From Desulfobacterales bacterium (GTDB lineage: Bacteria; Desulfobacterota; Desulfobacteria; Desulfobacterales; UBA5616), in NCBI GenBank assembly GCA_046483495.1, contig JAWODC010000088.1, positions 1 through 64,000 on the forward strand: DNA of 64,000 nt, read 5' to 3'. The notes beneath the pieces are model-generated. The model ran no database searches and was not told where the DNA came from. It saw only the letters and a list, made by a program, of their open reading frames with translations. This document shows, in pieces, positions 49,478 to 58,627 of this stretch (the first letter of the stretch is position 1; every line of letters starts with the position of its first letter). Both the position numbers and the translations under genes were made by a program.

Positions 49478-51163
49478 TTATGAAAGTATATCCGGTGGCG
49501 AGCAGACATAAGGCCCTTCAGGAGGGCGGCTGAAGATTTCAGATATGATTGATGCATACTCAGCCCTTGTCAGGCCGGAACGGGCAGCCGCAATCAGGGA
49601 GGGAATCATGTTATCCCCGTTTTGAATGGCGTCAAAGAGGCGTTGGCGGGCGGCGTCAAGCTTTTTAGCATCGCGTTCGGCCCTAACCTTCTTGAGACGG
49701 GCAATCTGCTTGTCCGCAGCCTCCGCCGAGTATTCCGTCAGCACCTCGAAATCGGCATGTTTTTGAAGGACCCGCAGCGCCTGCATCTGGACGTCCTCTT
49801 CTTCTACATATATATTTACGCCGACCAATTTCCTCTCTCCCGAGTCGAACTCCATCTGGTTCTGGTATGCTGCACGCCTGATTTCATTTTGCATCCAACT
49901 TCTCGCTTTTGTCGCACCGCCGCGTTTTTGGACCTCATCAATAAGGGCGAGCGCCTGTTTCTCAAGCGCTTTGGTGAGCCATTCCACGTAATAGGAGCCG
50001 CCCAGCGGGTCGATGACCTTTGTCACCCCCGTTTCATGGTCAATGATTTGCTGGGTGCGGACGGATAAAGAGGCTGAAAACTCGGTGGGCAGGGCCAGGG
50101 CTTCGTCAAAAGAATTGACATGCATCGACTGAACTCCGCCAAGAATTGCCCCCATGGCATACAGGGTTCCCCGAATCAGGTTGTTAAACGGTTGCTGCTT
50201 GGTCATGGTGGGGGCATAGATCTGGCAATGCATTCGGCATCTGAGGGACTTCGGATTTCGGGCATCGTATTTTTCCTTGAAAATTTTTGCCCATACTTTG
50301 CGCAGCGCGCGGAACTTGGCCGCCTCTTCGAAAATCTCGGGCCCTGCATTGACAAACCACGCCACGCGGTGCAGGAAGTCATCAATTTTCAGGCCGCGCC
50401 GGATCAGGGCGTCGGCTGTGTCCATGGTGGTGGCGACCCCGAAGGCGATTTCCTGGGCGGCGGTGCAACCCCCTTCCCGTGTATTGCGCATATCCAGATA
50501 TCCCGAATTGAAAAGCGGCATGTTGTTCGTGCAAAATTCGATGATGTCGATGCACTCAGCGTCATTTCGCAGGCCGTTGGACATGCTGCCGCGGAGTCTT
50601 TCAAGGTCGATTCCCCTGGATTGCGCAATGGAAATATAGCAGGCCAATGCATAGGGAGACATGGTGATGAGGTGCACAGGATATTTCATCATGTCGATGT
50701 CTTCAAACAGCGTTTCGAAGTCGTATAATGTATCCAGTGCCACTCCCCCGGCTCCGACCAGTCCCCTGACTCTTTCATCGTCGCTGTCGGCCCGGTATCC
50801 CAAGCCGTCGTCAGGAACAACCGAGAGGGCGGTTGCCCCCTTCGAGAGGAGAAACTTCCACCGCTTGTTGGTCTCCTCTGCTGTGCCGAAACCGGTCACC
50901 TGACGGATATTCGGCCGCCGAGACAGAAATCCTGCTGGAAAGGTTCCTCGGGTGTAAGGGTGCTGTCCTGGAAATGAGATATCGTCGGAATAGTCGATGT
51001 CATGAATATCCGATGGTGTATAAATCGGTTTAACCGGCATTCCTGAGAAGGTAACGTATTGCGCTTCAGCTCCGGGGATTTTTTCCATGATCTGACGCAG
51101 CTCTTCCTCATACTTTTCCCGGGCAACGGCAATTTCATCAAGCGTTTCTTGAGTAAAAAGCAT
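49478..51163 (-). CDS. Acyl-CoA mutase large (substrate-binding) subunit, methylmalonyl-CoA mutase family, divergent active site
   Basis: 'PG.HPYTRG', 'IRQVTGFG', 'FEEAAKFRALR', 'LGGVQSMHVNSFDEALALPT', 'RTQQII', 'DPLGGSYYVE'; no fused B12 domain. Confidence 0.92.
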   Translation of the reverse strand: MLFTQETLDEIAVAREKYEEELRQIMEKIPGAEAQYVTFSGMPVKPIYTPSDIHDIDYSDDISFPGQHPYTRGTFPAGFLSRRPNIRQVTGFGTAEETNKRWKFLLSKGATALSVVPDDGLGYRADSDDERVRGLVGAGGVALDTLYDFETLFEDIDMMKYPVHLITMSPYALACYISIAQSRGIDLERLRGSMSNGLRNDAECIDIIEFCTNNMPLFNSGYLDMRNTREGGCTAAQEIAFGVATTMDTADALIRRGLKIDDFLHRVAWFVNAGPEIFEEAAKFRALRKVWAKIFKEKYDARNPKSLRCRMHCQIYAPTMTKQQPFNNLIRGTLYAMGAILGGVQSMHVNSFDEALALPTEFSASLSVRTQQIIDHETGVTKVIDPLGGSYYVEWLTKALEKQALALIDEVQKRGGATKARSWMQNEIRRAAYQNQMEFDSGERKLVGVNIYVEEEDVQMQALRVLQKHADFEVLTEYSAEAADKQIARLKKVRAERDAKKLDAARQRLFDAIQNGDNMIPSLIAAARSGLTRAEYASIISEIFSRPPEGPYVCSPPDILS

Positions 51164-51245
51164 AGCAGCCCTCCAAGATTATGGATGGTTGGAGTGGGTT
51201 TCTTTGATGTGAAGTTTATCAATTTATCAATAATTTTTTGCGGCC

Positions 51246-51671
51246 TTACCAATCATTCTGCCTTGAGTTCTGCAATAGGAGAGTAAGCCGCTCGATTTCA
51301 GATTCCAGCAGGTAAATATGATCCTTCAAATCTTTCATTTTTTGATACGCAGAGGTTAGGTTCGTTTGGATAATTTCTTTGGCGCGGAGAATCATCTGAT
51401 CCTCATTTTCAGGATTTTGGTGCCGGATACCCGCCAATTCTTTTAATTCTTTCAGTGAAAATCCCAAACGTTTTGCGCGCCGGATCATTTTCGTGCCGTT
51501 AAGGTGATTTTCTGTGTAAGTACGGTAGCCGTTCGTGTTTCTGTGCGGAGGTGGGAGGAGGCCGACTTCTTCATAGTAACGGATTGTGCGTGTGGTCACG
51601 CCGGCTTTTTTTGCCAACTCACCAATCGTCATGGAAGTGAATTCATGTTGGGGCAGTTTTCTTGTTTTCAT
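51246..51671 (-). CDS. MerR-family transcriptional regulator (LiuR-like)
   Basis: 'MTIGELAKKAGVTTRTIRYYEEVGLL', 'RAKRLGFSLKE'; no Cys in the C-terminal domain; start uncertain. Confidence 0.9.
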   Translation of the reverse strand: MKTRKLPQHEFTSMTIGELAKKAGVTTRTIRYYEEVGLLPPPHRNTNGYRTYTENHLNGTKMIRRAKRLGFSLKELKELAGIRHQNPENEDQMILRAKEIIQTNLTSAYQKMKDLKDHIYLLESEIERLTLLLQNSRQNDW

Positions 51672-51692
51672 CGCGGGATAGCTGAAGGCATA

Positions 51693-51743
51693 TACGTTAA
51701 CGTTGACGTTAACGTAACTATCATTCTGCCAAGTCCATGTCAA
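51693..51743 (-). promoter_or_regulatory. Promoter with 24-bp palindromic operator upstream of the MerR-mutase-ligase run
   Basis: TACGTTAACGTTGACGTTAACGTA (51693-51716; 22/24 self-complementary); minus-strand TTGACA at 51738-51743. Confidence 0.7.
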
Positions 51744-52092
51744 CAGAAAAAGACGGCTCTGTGATAATCCTAAAATGAAGCCTTGAATCGTGATTAGATA
51801 TAATGTAAATAAATTCAAGGCACTTAGAAAAAATTGGGGGGGTTGCCTGGAAAAAATTCCAGGAGATCCTCCCCATGTGGAGGAAATGCGATTTATTTAG
51901 AACATTCCGGTTGTGAAATCTATGAATCTAATTGTAGCAATCCGAGTTTGTTTTTGATAAGTTTTTGTTCGGTAGTCATGGCTTTCTCCTTTCGTTTCAA
52001 GGTTTGGTTGCCTTAGAAAGGATAGCTGTAACAGTCCCAAGTGTCAGATTTGGTCGCAGCTAATACATCATAACACATAAGGAATATAACAG

Positions 52093-52880
52093 ATGCGCCA
52101 GACTGATCTAATTCCGTTCTTTACCATCACCTTTGTCATCACCTGGGTTATTCTTGGGCTTTATATGTTTGCATCCGAGACGATGGTCCGGTTGTTTGGA
52201 AATCTTACGGGCCAGCACCCGCTGTTTTATGCTGCCGTTTATGCGCCGGCCATCGCAGCGCTGGCTGTAATCTTTATTCGACAGGGGTTTGGCGGCATAC
52301 CGCGTTTTCTATCCCGACTGCTGTTGTGGCGGACCTCCATTTACTGGTATGTTTTGTTGATCCTAATCGTGCCTCTGGTGTTCTATGTCTCGGCCCTGTT
52401 CAAACCAGGCGCACTGGACACGCTGTTTCCGTTTGCATCGGTAACCGCTTATCTGGCAGCACTGTTTTTCATGGCCATCAAGGGACCCGTCGAGGAAATC
52501 GGCTGGCGTGGACTGGCCCTGCCTTTGCTTCAACGACGAATGGCACCCATCTGGGCTTCGCTCGTGCTGGGAGTTGTCTGGGCTGTCTGGCATCTGCCCG
52601 CGTTCATGCTCAGCGGCACACCCCAAAGCGCATGGGCATTGACACCCCTCCCTGTGGGCACCCTGGCCTTGAGCGTCATCGTGACACCGCTTTTCAACCA
52701 TTCTCGCGGCAGTATCCTGCTGCCTGCGTTTTTTCACCTGCAGTTGATTAATCCCCTGTGGCCGGATGCTCAGCCTTATGATCCTGGGTGTTTGTGGGTG
52801 TTGCCGCAGTCGTGGTGTGGCTCAACCGGGAAACGATGTTCTCACGCCACAGTGCCATAACAGAGGTGCTTTCAAAATGA
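52093..52880 (+). CDS. CPBP/Abi-family intramembrane metalloprotease with an apparent 1-bp deletion near 52783
   Basis: 'EEIGWRG', 'WAVWHLP', 'FH'; the hydrophobic final helix WVFVGVAAVVVWLNRETMF... continues in another frame to TGA 52878-52880. Confidence 0.82.
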
Positions 52881-52954
52881 GAGGGGTAGTTTCTGTGAGT
52901 TGGGAGACGTTGGTGCAGAAAGTGCGAAGGACTCTGAAGTCCGTTTTTCCATAA

Positions 52955-53070
52955 AATTATCCGAAACCCGATTATCCTGAAACGAACGGTCATTGAATGC
53001 CGTTAGAAAATATATTGCCCGTAATCCGATAAACTGGGAACATGACATCGACAATCTGATCAATCTATAA
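52955..53070 (+). pseudogene. C-terminal remnant of a REP-associated (Y1/IS200-like) tyrosine transposase
   Basis: ...II[frameshift]NERSLNAVRKYIARNPINWEHD..., matching the RAYT pattern 'HIIRNE....IR.YI..NP..W..D'. Confidence 0.65.
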
Positions 53071-53129
53071 CCACGGCATAAAGACGACGGCAAAAAGCCG
53101 CCGCGCCTTATGCCGGCTGGAGGTTTAAC

Positions 53130-53501
53130 GTGTCCTCAAAGAAAGCCGGCAACATCAAGGGAAGTGTAGCAGAGGCAATTCGTATACGGAAAGAACGAGA
53201 AAAAAGTTATCGGGAACGTGCTCTCAAAATTTTCCCCAAAATTTGCGCGCGGTGCGGGAGAGAGTTCAGCGGAAAGCGTTTGCGTGAGCTCACAGTACAC
53301 CATAAAGATCACAATCATGACAATAATCCTCCTGATGGAAGCAACTGGGAGCTTTTGTGCATTTATTGTCACGAAAATGAACATACACGTCAACAGGTTG
53401 CCGATGCTTATGCTGCAAAGTCTGGCGATGAATACCCGGATAATAGCCTCAGTCACAATCCTTTTGCAGAATTAGCAGACTTAATAAAAAATAAGAAATA
53501 G
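53130..53501 (+). CDS. yajD: YajD-family HNH nuclease
   Basis: 'YRERALKIFP.ICARCGREF', 'LTVHHKDHNHDNNPPDGSNWELLCIYCH.NEH', 'HNPFA.L'. Confidence 0.9.
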   Translation: MSSKKAGNIKGSVAEAIRIRKEREKSYRERALKIFPKICARCGREFSGKRLRELTVHHKDHNHDNNPPDGSNWELLCIYCHENEHTRQQVADAYAAKSGDEYPDNSLSHNPFAELADLIKNKK

Positions 53502-53773
53502 ACATTTGATAAAAATTCATTTACAGGATTGAACAATAATTTTCCGAAAATGGAGCATTAACATAACGGTTTTGTATAGAATACCGATACAATAAGTCAG
53601 TTCGGATTTGATTTTACATGCTTAAAAAAAATGAAAAAATCATGAAAATCTTGATATCCCGGGATTTCCGGTTTATTGGATATACTAACATAAAAGCATC
53701 GTACGTTTACATTGGCATATAAACGTATTCTCATTTATTCAATTCATTCGTTAAGACATTAGAGGAGAAAGTG

Positions 53774-54973
53774 ATGAGTGAGCTAGATGTGTTTCGAAAA
53801 ACCGTTCGAACATGGCTTGAGGAAAACGCGCCTGAATCGTTAAGAGGTAAGGCGGGTGACTTTAAAGATGGTTATTGGGGCGGGAAGAAAACGCCGCTGC
53901 CTTTCCCCGATTCCAGATCATGGGCGGACATGATGGCGAAGAAAGGATGGACGGTTCCCATGTGGCCCAAGGAATACGGTGGGGGCGGACTATCCAAAAA
54001 GGAAAATAAGATTTTAATCGAAGAACTGGATCGGTTGAAATTGCCACTTCCCCTGGTCGGATTTGGTATTACCATGATAGGGCCCACGATTCTTCAATTT
54101 GGGACGGAAGAGCAAAAACAGTTTTTTCTTCCGAAGATCTGCAGTGGTGAAATAAGGTGGTGCCAGGGGTACTCCGAGCCGAATGCAGGTTCGGATCTGG
54201 CCAACGTCCAGACCATGATGGTGGACGATGGAGACGGGTTTATCATCAACGGCCAGAAAGTCTGGACCAGCTACGGTGATCTGGCAGACTGGATTTTCAT
54301 GATCGGTCGCACGGATTGGGACGTCAAAAAGCAGGCCGGCATCACATTCATCCTGGTGGATATGGATCAGCCCGGCGTGAAAGTTAGACCGATAGAATTG
54401 ATCAGTGGAGAAAGCCCCTTTTGCGAAGTGTTTTTCGATAACGTCAAAGCATCGAAAAAACATGTACTGGGTGAGTTAAACAACGGATGGGGAGTAGCCA
54501 AGGCTCTTCTGGGTCACGAACGGACAATGATCGCAGATGTTTTTGGAACCGGCAGACCCCCGGCCGATCAGGCGTTAACGCCGGAAGGCGCAGCCGCCCA
54601 TTATATCGGGATGAAAGACGGCCGGGTTGCCGATCCCTCTATACGGGACCGTATGGCCCAGACCCAGATGGATGAAATCTGTTTCAATTTAACGGTTCAA
54701 AGGAATGCGGACAATATGAAGGCGGGGCACAATCCCGGCCCGGAATCGTCCATGTTCAAGGTCTATGGTACCGAGCTTAACCAGCGGCGCCTGGAACTGT
54801 TGGTTTCGATTATGGGACCGGAAGCTCTGGGTTGGGAAGGGGACGGATTTACCAAGCATGAGCTGAAACTGACACGAGAATGGCTGAGATCCCGTGGAAA
54901 TACGATTGAAGGCGGCACCTCCGAAATTCAATTGAACGTTATCTCCAAAATGGTATTGGGGCTTCCGAAATAA
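53774..54973 (+). CDS. Acyl-CoA dehydrogenase, large subunit of a PimC/PimD-like pair
   Basis: 'WCQGYSEPNAGSDLA', 'INGQKVWTS', 'LGHER', 'TIEGGTSEIQ'. Confidence 0.92.
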   Translation: MSELDVFRKTVRTWLEENAPESLRGKAGDFKDGYWGGKKTPLPFPDSRSWADMMAKKGWTVPMWPKEYGGGGLSKKENKILIEELDRLKLPLPLVGFGITMIGPTILQFGTEEQKQFFLPKICSGEIRWCQGYSEPNAGSDLANVQTMMVDDGDGFIINGQKVWTSYGDLADWIFMIGRTDWDVKKQAGITFILVDMDQPGVKVRPIELISGESPFCEVFFDNVKASKKHVLGELNNGWGVAKALLGHERTMIADVFGTGRPPADQALTPEGAAAHYIGMKDGRVADPSIRDRMAQTQMDEICFNLTVQRNADNMKAGHNPGPESSMFKVYGTELNQRRLELLVSIMGPEALGWEGDGFTKHELKLTREWLRSRGNTIEGGTSEIQLNVISKMVLGLPK

Positions 54974-54998
54974 GCAGACACGACTCAGGAGAAAATTT

Positions 54999-56156
54999 AT
55001 GGAACTTTTACTGACAGATGAACAGAGAATGCTGGATCAATCGGCCCGGAATTTTATAAAAAAAGCCTCCCCGGTCACACGGATGCGCGAACTCAGGGAT
55101 GATACGGAATCGCTTGCATACGACAAAAAGGTTTTTCAACAGATGGCCAAACTGGATTGGACTGCAATCCTGCTCCCCGAAGATCAGGGTGGGATGGGAA
55201 TGGGCATGGCCGATATGATCGTGGTAATGGAAGCCATCGGCACAGGCCTGGCGCCGGAACCCCTTTTACCCTCGGTTATACTTGCAGGGCAGGCGCTGAC
55301 GTTAAGCGGTAACGACGCGCTGATAGACGAATGGCTCGATCCAATTATTGAAGCGAAAAAAGTTCTGGCTTTGGCATATCAGGAAAAGCAGGGGCGTTTT
55401 GATTTTACACGAGTGGCAGCCACTGCCGAAAAAACAGATGCCGAAAAAACAGATGGAGGATATACGCTGAATGGCGAGAAAACCCAAGTGCAGGCAGGTT
55501 GGGGTGCTGATGCCGTCATTGTCTCAGCCAGAACCTCAGGCCGGAGCGGCGATGCAGACGGCATAACGCTTTTTCTCGTCCCCAGCAACACGCCGGGCCT
55601 GACCTTTACCCGACAACACCGGGTGGATTCCCGAAACTGTGCCATCGTCCGGCTTGAAAACGTCAAGATTCCGGAATCCAGTATTGTGGGGGAAGTAGAT
55701 AGAGGCGGAGAGATTCTAAACACGGTGATTGACATGGCCACCATCGCCCTTTGCGGAGAAATGCTGGGCGGCATAACCGCCGTTTTTGAGCGCACCATGG
55801 CTTATCTGAAAACACGCGAGCAATTTGACGTCGTTATCGGGTCATTTCAGGCGCTTCAACACCGTGCAGCCAAGATGTTTATGGAGATCGAACTTGCGCG
55901 TTCAGCGGTTATGGCGGCAGCACGGGCGTTTGATGAAAAGGATGCCGGGGCAGCCGCCTTGATATCGGTAGCCAAAGCCCGCTGTTCCGACGCATATGTC
56001 CTGATAACCAACGAGGGCGTGCAGATGCACGGAGGAATCGGCATGACCGACGAGGAGGATGTCGGTTTATATATGAAACATGCCCGCGTAACGGAAATGA
56101 CGTTTGGGGACGCCGCTTATCACAGGGATCGATTTGCCTCGATTAAAGGTTATTGA
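54999..56156 (+). CDS. Acyl-CoA dehydrogenase, small subunit of a PimC/PimD-like pair
   Basis: 'YLKTREQF.V.IGSFQALQHRAA', 'QMHGGIGMT.E', 'FGD'. Confidence 0.92.
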   Translation: MELLLTDEQRMLDQSARNFIKKASPVTRMRELRDDTESLAYDKKVFQQMAKLDWTAILLPEDQGGMGMGMADMIVVMEAIGTGLAPEPLLPSVILAGQALTLSGNDALIDEWLDPIIEAKKVLALAYQEKQGRFDFTRVAATAEKTDAEKTDGGYTLNGEKTQVQAGWGADAVIVSARTSGRSGDADGITLFLVPSNTPGLTFTRQHRVDSRNCAIVRLENVKIPESSIVGEVDRGGEILNTVIDMATIALCGEMLGGITAVFERTMAYLKTREQFDVVIGSFQALQHRAAKMFMEIELARSAVMAAARAFDEKDAGAAALISVAKARCSDAYVLITNEGVQMHGGIGMTDEEDVGLYMKHARVTEMTFGDAAYHRDRFASIKGY

Positions 56157-56194
56157 TCCTATTGCATTTCAACTATTATAATGCAGGACTTTGT

Positions 56195-57364
56195 CTATTC
56201 CCGCAGTGACTCCGGGAGGCCGTGAATGAATACATTTTGAATTCGAACTTCCGTAAGCTCAAAAGCATTCTCCCCGTCATACAACACGTAGCCGTTTGGG
56301 GCGGTGTTTTTATTCAGTTGCCGAAAAAGGTTGATCCCTTTTAGAAAACTCTTTGAAAAAGTGGCGGCGGATTTTATCTCCACTGGAATCAGATGCCTGC
56401 GTCGCCGGATTATCAAGTCCACTTCATTTCCGTGGGTATCCCTGAAAAAGAACAGCTCAGGCCGCCGGCCCCGGTTCATCCGCGACTTTAAGATTTCCAG
56501 AATGATGAGGTTTTCGTAAAGTGCGCCGCGCAGGGGGTCCCGGAATGCCTGGTCGGCTGTTTCAATCCCCAGTAAATGGCATACCAGGCCGGTATCCGAA
56601 AAGTATACTTTGGGGGACTTGATGACCCGTTTGTTGATGTTTTCAAAAAACGGCTGCACTTCAAACACGACAAACGACGCCTTCAGCACGCTGAGCCAGC
56701 TTTTTACTGTGGTGCCGGAGAGACCGATGTCATTGCCCAGGGATGTATAATTAATCACCTGGCCCACACGGCCGGCCAGCAGGGTCAAAAACCGCTGGAA
56801 CAGCCCCAAATCCTTTATATTAATGAGTGACCGGACATCCCGCTCAACATATGTCTGAATGTATCCGTTGTAAAACCGGGCGGGCGTCAAATTCTCCTGG
56901 TGAACCCTGGGAAAAGATCCGGTAACGATCCTTTTATAGGTTGTCCAGGTTCGAGAATAGTGTTCTATTTCGGTCATGGTAAACGGCAGAAGGATCAAGA
57001 CGGCCGTTCGGCCGGCAAGGGTCTGGCTGACCGCCTGGTGCACATCCGGTTGATGGCTCCCCGTTAAAATGAACATCCCGGATTTCCGGCGCTCATCCAC
57101 GATTCCCTGAATATAGGACAAGAGCATTGGCATCCGTTGGATTTCATCGAGTACGGCGCCATCAGGGACATGGTTGAGGAAACTTCTCGGATCGGTTTCA
57201 GCCGCCATTCGAGTATCCGGATCTTCCAGGGAAAAGTATGGTTTGCCCGGGCAAACCATCCGCACCAGCGTGGTTTTCCCCGACTGGCGTGGGCCGAGAA
57301 CCGTAACCACCGGGTATTCTTTTAGAGAAGCCTTAAATTCTTTACCAATTTCACGGGGTATCAT
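56195..57364 (-). CDS. AAA_14 ATPase with DUF4143 domain
   Basis: 'GPRQSGKTT', 'LDEIQ', 'LTGS', 'SPKVYFSDTG', 'EVDLI...VEIKS'. Confidence 0.9.
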   Translation of the reverse strand: MIPREIGKEFKASLKEYPVVTVLGPRQSGKTTLVRMVCPGKPYFSLEDPDTRMAAETDPRSFLNHVPDGAVLDEIQRMPMLLSYIQGIVDERRKSGMFILTGSHQPDVHQAVSQTLAGRTAVLILLPFTMTEIEHYSRTWTTYKRIVTGSFPRVHQENLTPARFYNGYIQTYVERDVRSLINIKDLGLFQRFLTLLAGRVGQVINYTSLGNDIGLSGTTVKSWLSVLKASFVVFEVQPFFENINKRVIKSPKVYFSDTGLVCHLLGIETADQAFRDPLRGALYENLIILEILKSRMNRGRRPELFFFRDTHGNEVDLIIRRRRHLIPVEIKSAATFSKSFLKGINLFRQLNKNTAPNGYVLYDGENAFELTEVRIQNVFIHGLPESLRE

Positions 57365-57520
57365 GAAAAACAAGTGGCAATTTTATGTGAATATGTCAAG
57401 TACAAACTTATTTTTTCACAAATATTTGCGCAGCTATGCATTCAGCCTAGGCCGGCCATGCCCACAGGCTGACTTGGTCAGCAGGTAAGTGGTCAAATTT
57501 AGCTATTTGGAGGGTGCTTT

Positions 57521-58627
57521 ATGAAATTTCTCCACACCGCGGACTGGCAGATCGGAATGAAGGCTGATTTTGTCGGCAATGCCTCGCAAACCGTTCGCGA
57601 TGAACGCTTGGCCGCCGGGAAACGAGTGGTCGATGCCGCCAATGAAGAGGCCGCCGAATTCATTCTGATCGCTGGAGACCTTTTCGAAGACAATGCCGTT
57701 GAAAGAACGCTCATACAAAGGATCGTTGATATCCTGGCCCGCTTCCATGGTCCGGTGTACCTGATACCCGGTAATCACGATCCGCTGGTCCCCGGCTCCG
57801 TCTGGGGCCATCCGGCATGGCGTTCCGCTCAGAATCTTGTCGTGTTGACAGAAGCCAAACCGGTTGAAATACCCGGCGGTATTTTGTTTCCCTGCCCTGT
57901 TCTCGACAAGTATTCTCGTAAAAACCCTACGGCCTGGATCACAGAAGAACCTGGAGACGCAATTCGGCTGGCATTGGCGCATGGGAATGTTGAAGGGCTA
58001 CCACAAGTGGACCCGGATCATCCCATATCGCGGAATGCCGTCCAGCGGGCAGGCTTGGACTATCTGGCCCTGGGCCACTGGCATTCTGCGGCAACCTATC
58101 CCGATTCGAAAGGATCAGTGCGGATGGCATATAGCGGAACACATGAAACCGCCAGGTTTGGTGAAAGGGACAGCGGCCATGCGATTGTGGTCGAGATTGC
58201 CGCTCCCGGTGCTCCGCCGGATGTACGCCCAATTCAAACGGGAAGACTCAGATGGCAAATTCTGGAATCTGAAATCGGCACTCCCGGTGATCTTAGAGCA
58301 TTGCGCCGGAATCTCGAGGGGATTGATTCGCCGGAGATACTGCTGCTGGATTTGCGTTTAAAGGGTGTATTGTATTCAGAGGAAAAGGAAGATTTTTTTC
58401 ACATAGAGGACCTGATTGCTTCCCGTTTTTTATACGGACGCATAGAGGCCTCACAACTCTTTCCTTCTCCTGAGGATGCCCGCTGGATCGAATCCTTACC
58501 GTCCGGAATTTTTCAAGAAGTTGCCGGTCGTCTGCATGAAATGACGCTTACCGGCGGCAGGGAAGCTGAAACAGCATCCCGGGCTCTTCTGGAATTATAT
58601 GCGATTATCGGGGAGGGGTTGCGATGA
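57521..58627 (+). CDS. Mre11/SbcD-like metallophosphoesterase nuclease (YhaO-like)
   Basis: 'HTADWQIG', 'AGDLFE', 'PGNHD', 'AHG', 'LALGHWHS', 'YSGT'. Confidence 0.92.
   Translation: MKFLHTADWQIGMKADFVGNASQTVRDERLAAGKRVVDAANEEAAEFILIAGDLFEDNAVERTLIQRIVDILARFHGPVYLIPGNHDPLVPGSVWGHPAWRSAQNLVVLTEAKPVEIPGGILFPCPVLDKYSRKNPTAWITEEPGDAIRLALAHGNVEGLPQVDPDHPISRNAVQRAGLDYLALGHWHSAATYPDSKGSVRMAYSGTHETARFGERDSGHAIVVEIAAPGAPPDVRPIQTGRLRWQILESEIGTPGDLRALRRNLEGIDSPEILLLDLRLKGVLYSEEKEDFFHIEDLIASRFLYGRIEASQLFPSPEDARWIESLPSGIFQEVAGRLHEMTLTGGREAETASRALLELYAIIGEGLR

Noticed and set aside
51672..51818. N-terminal extension of the MerR ORF
   Set aside because: It runs through the promoter and operator; 'YVNVNVNVY' is just the palindrome translated
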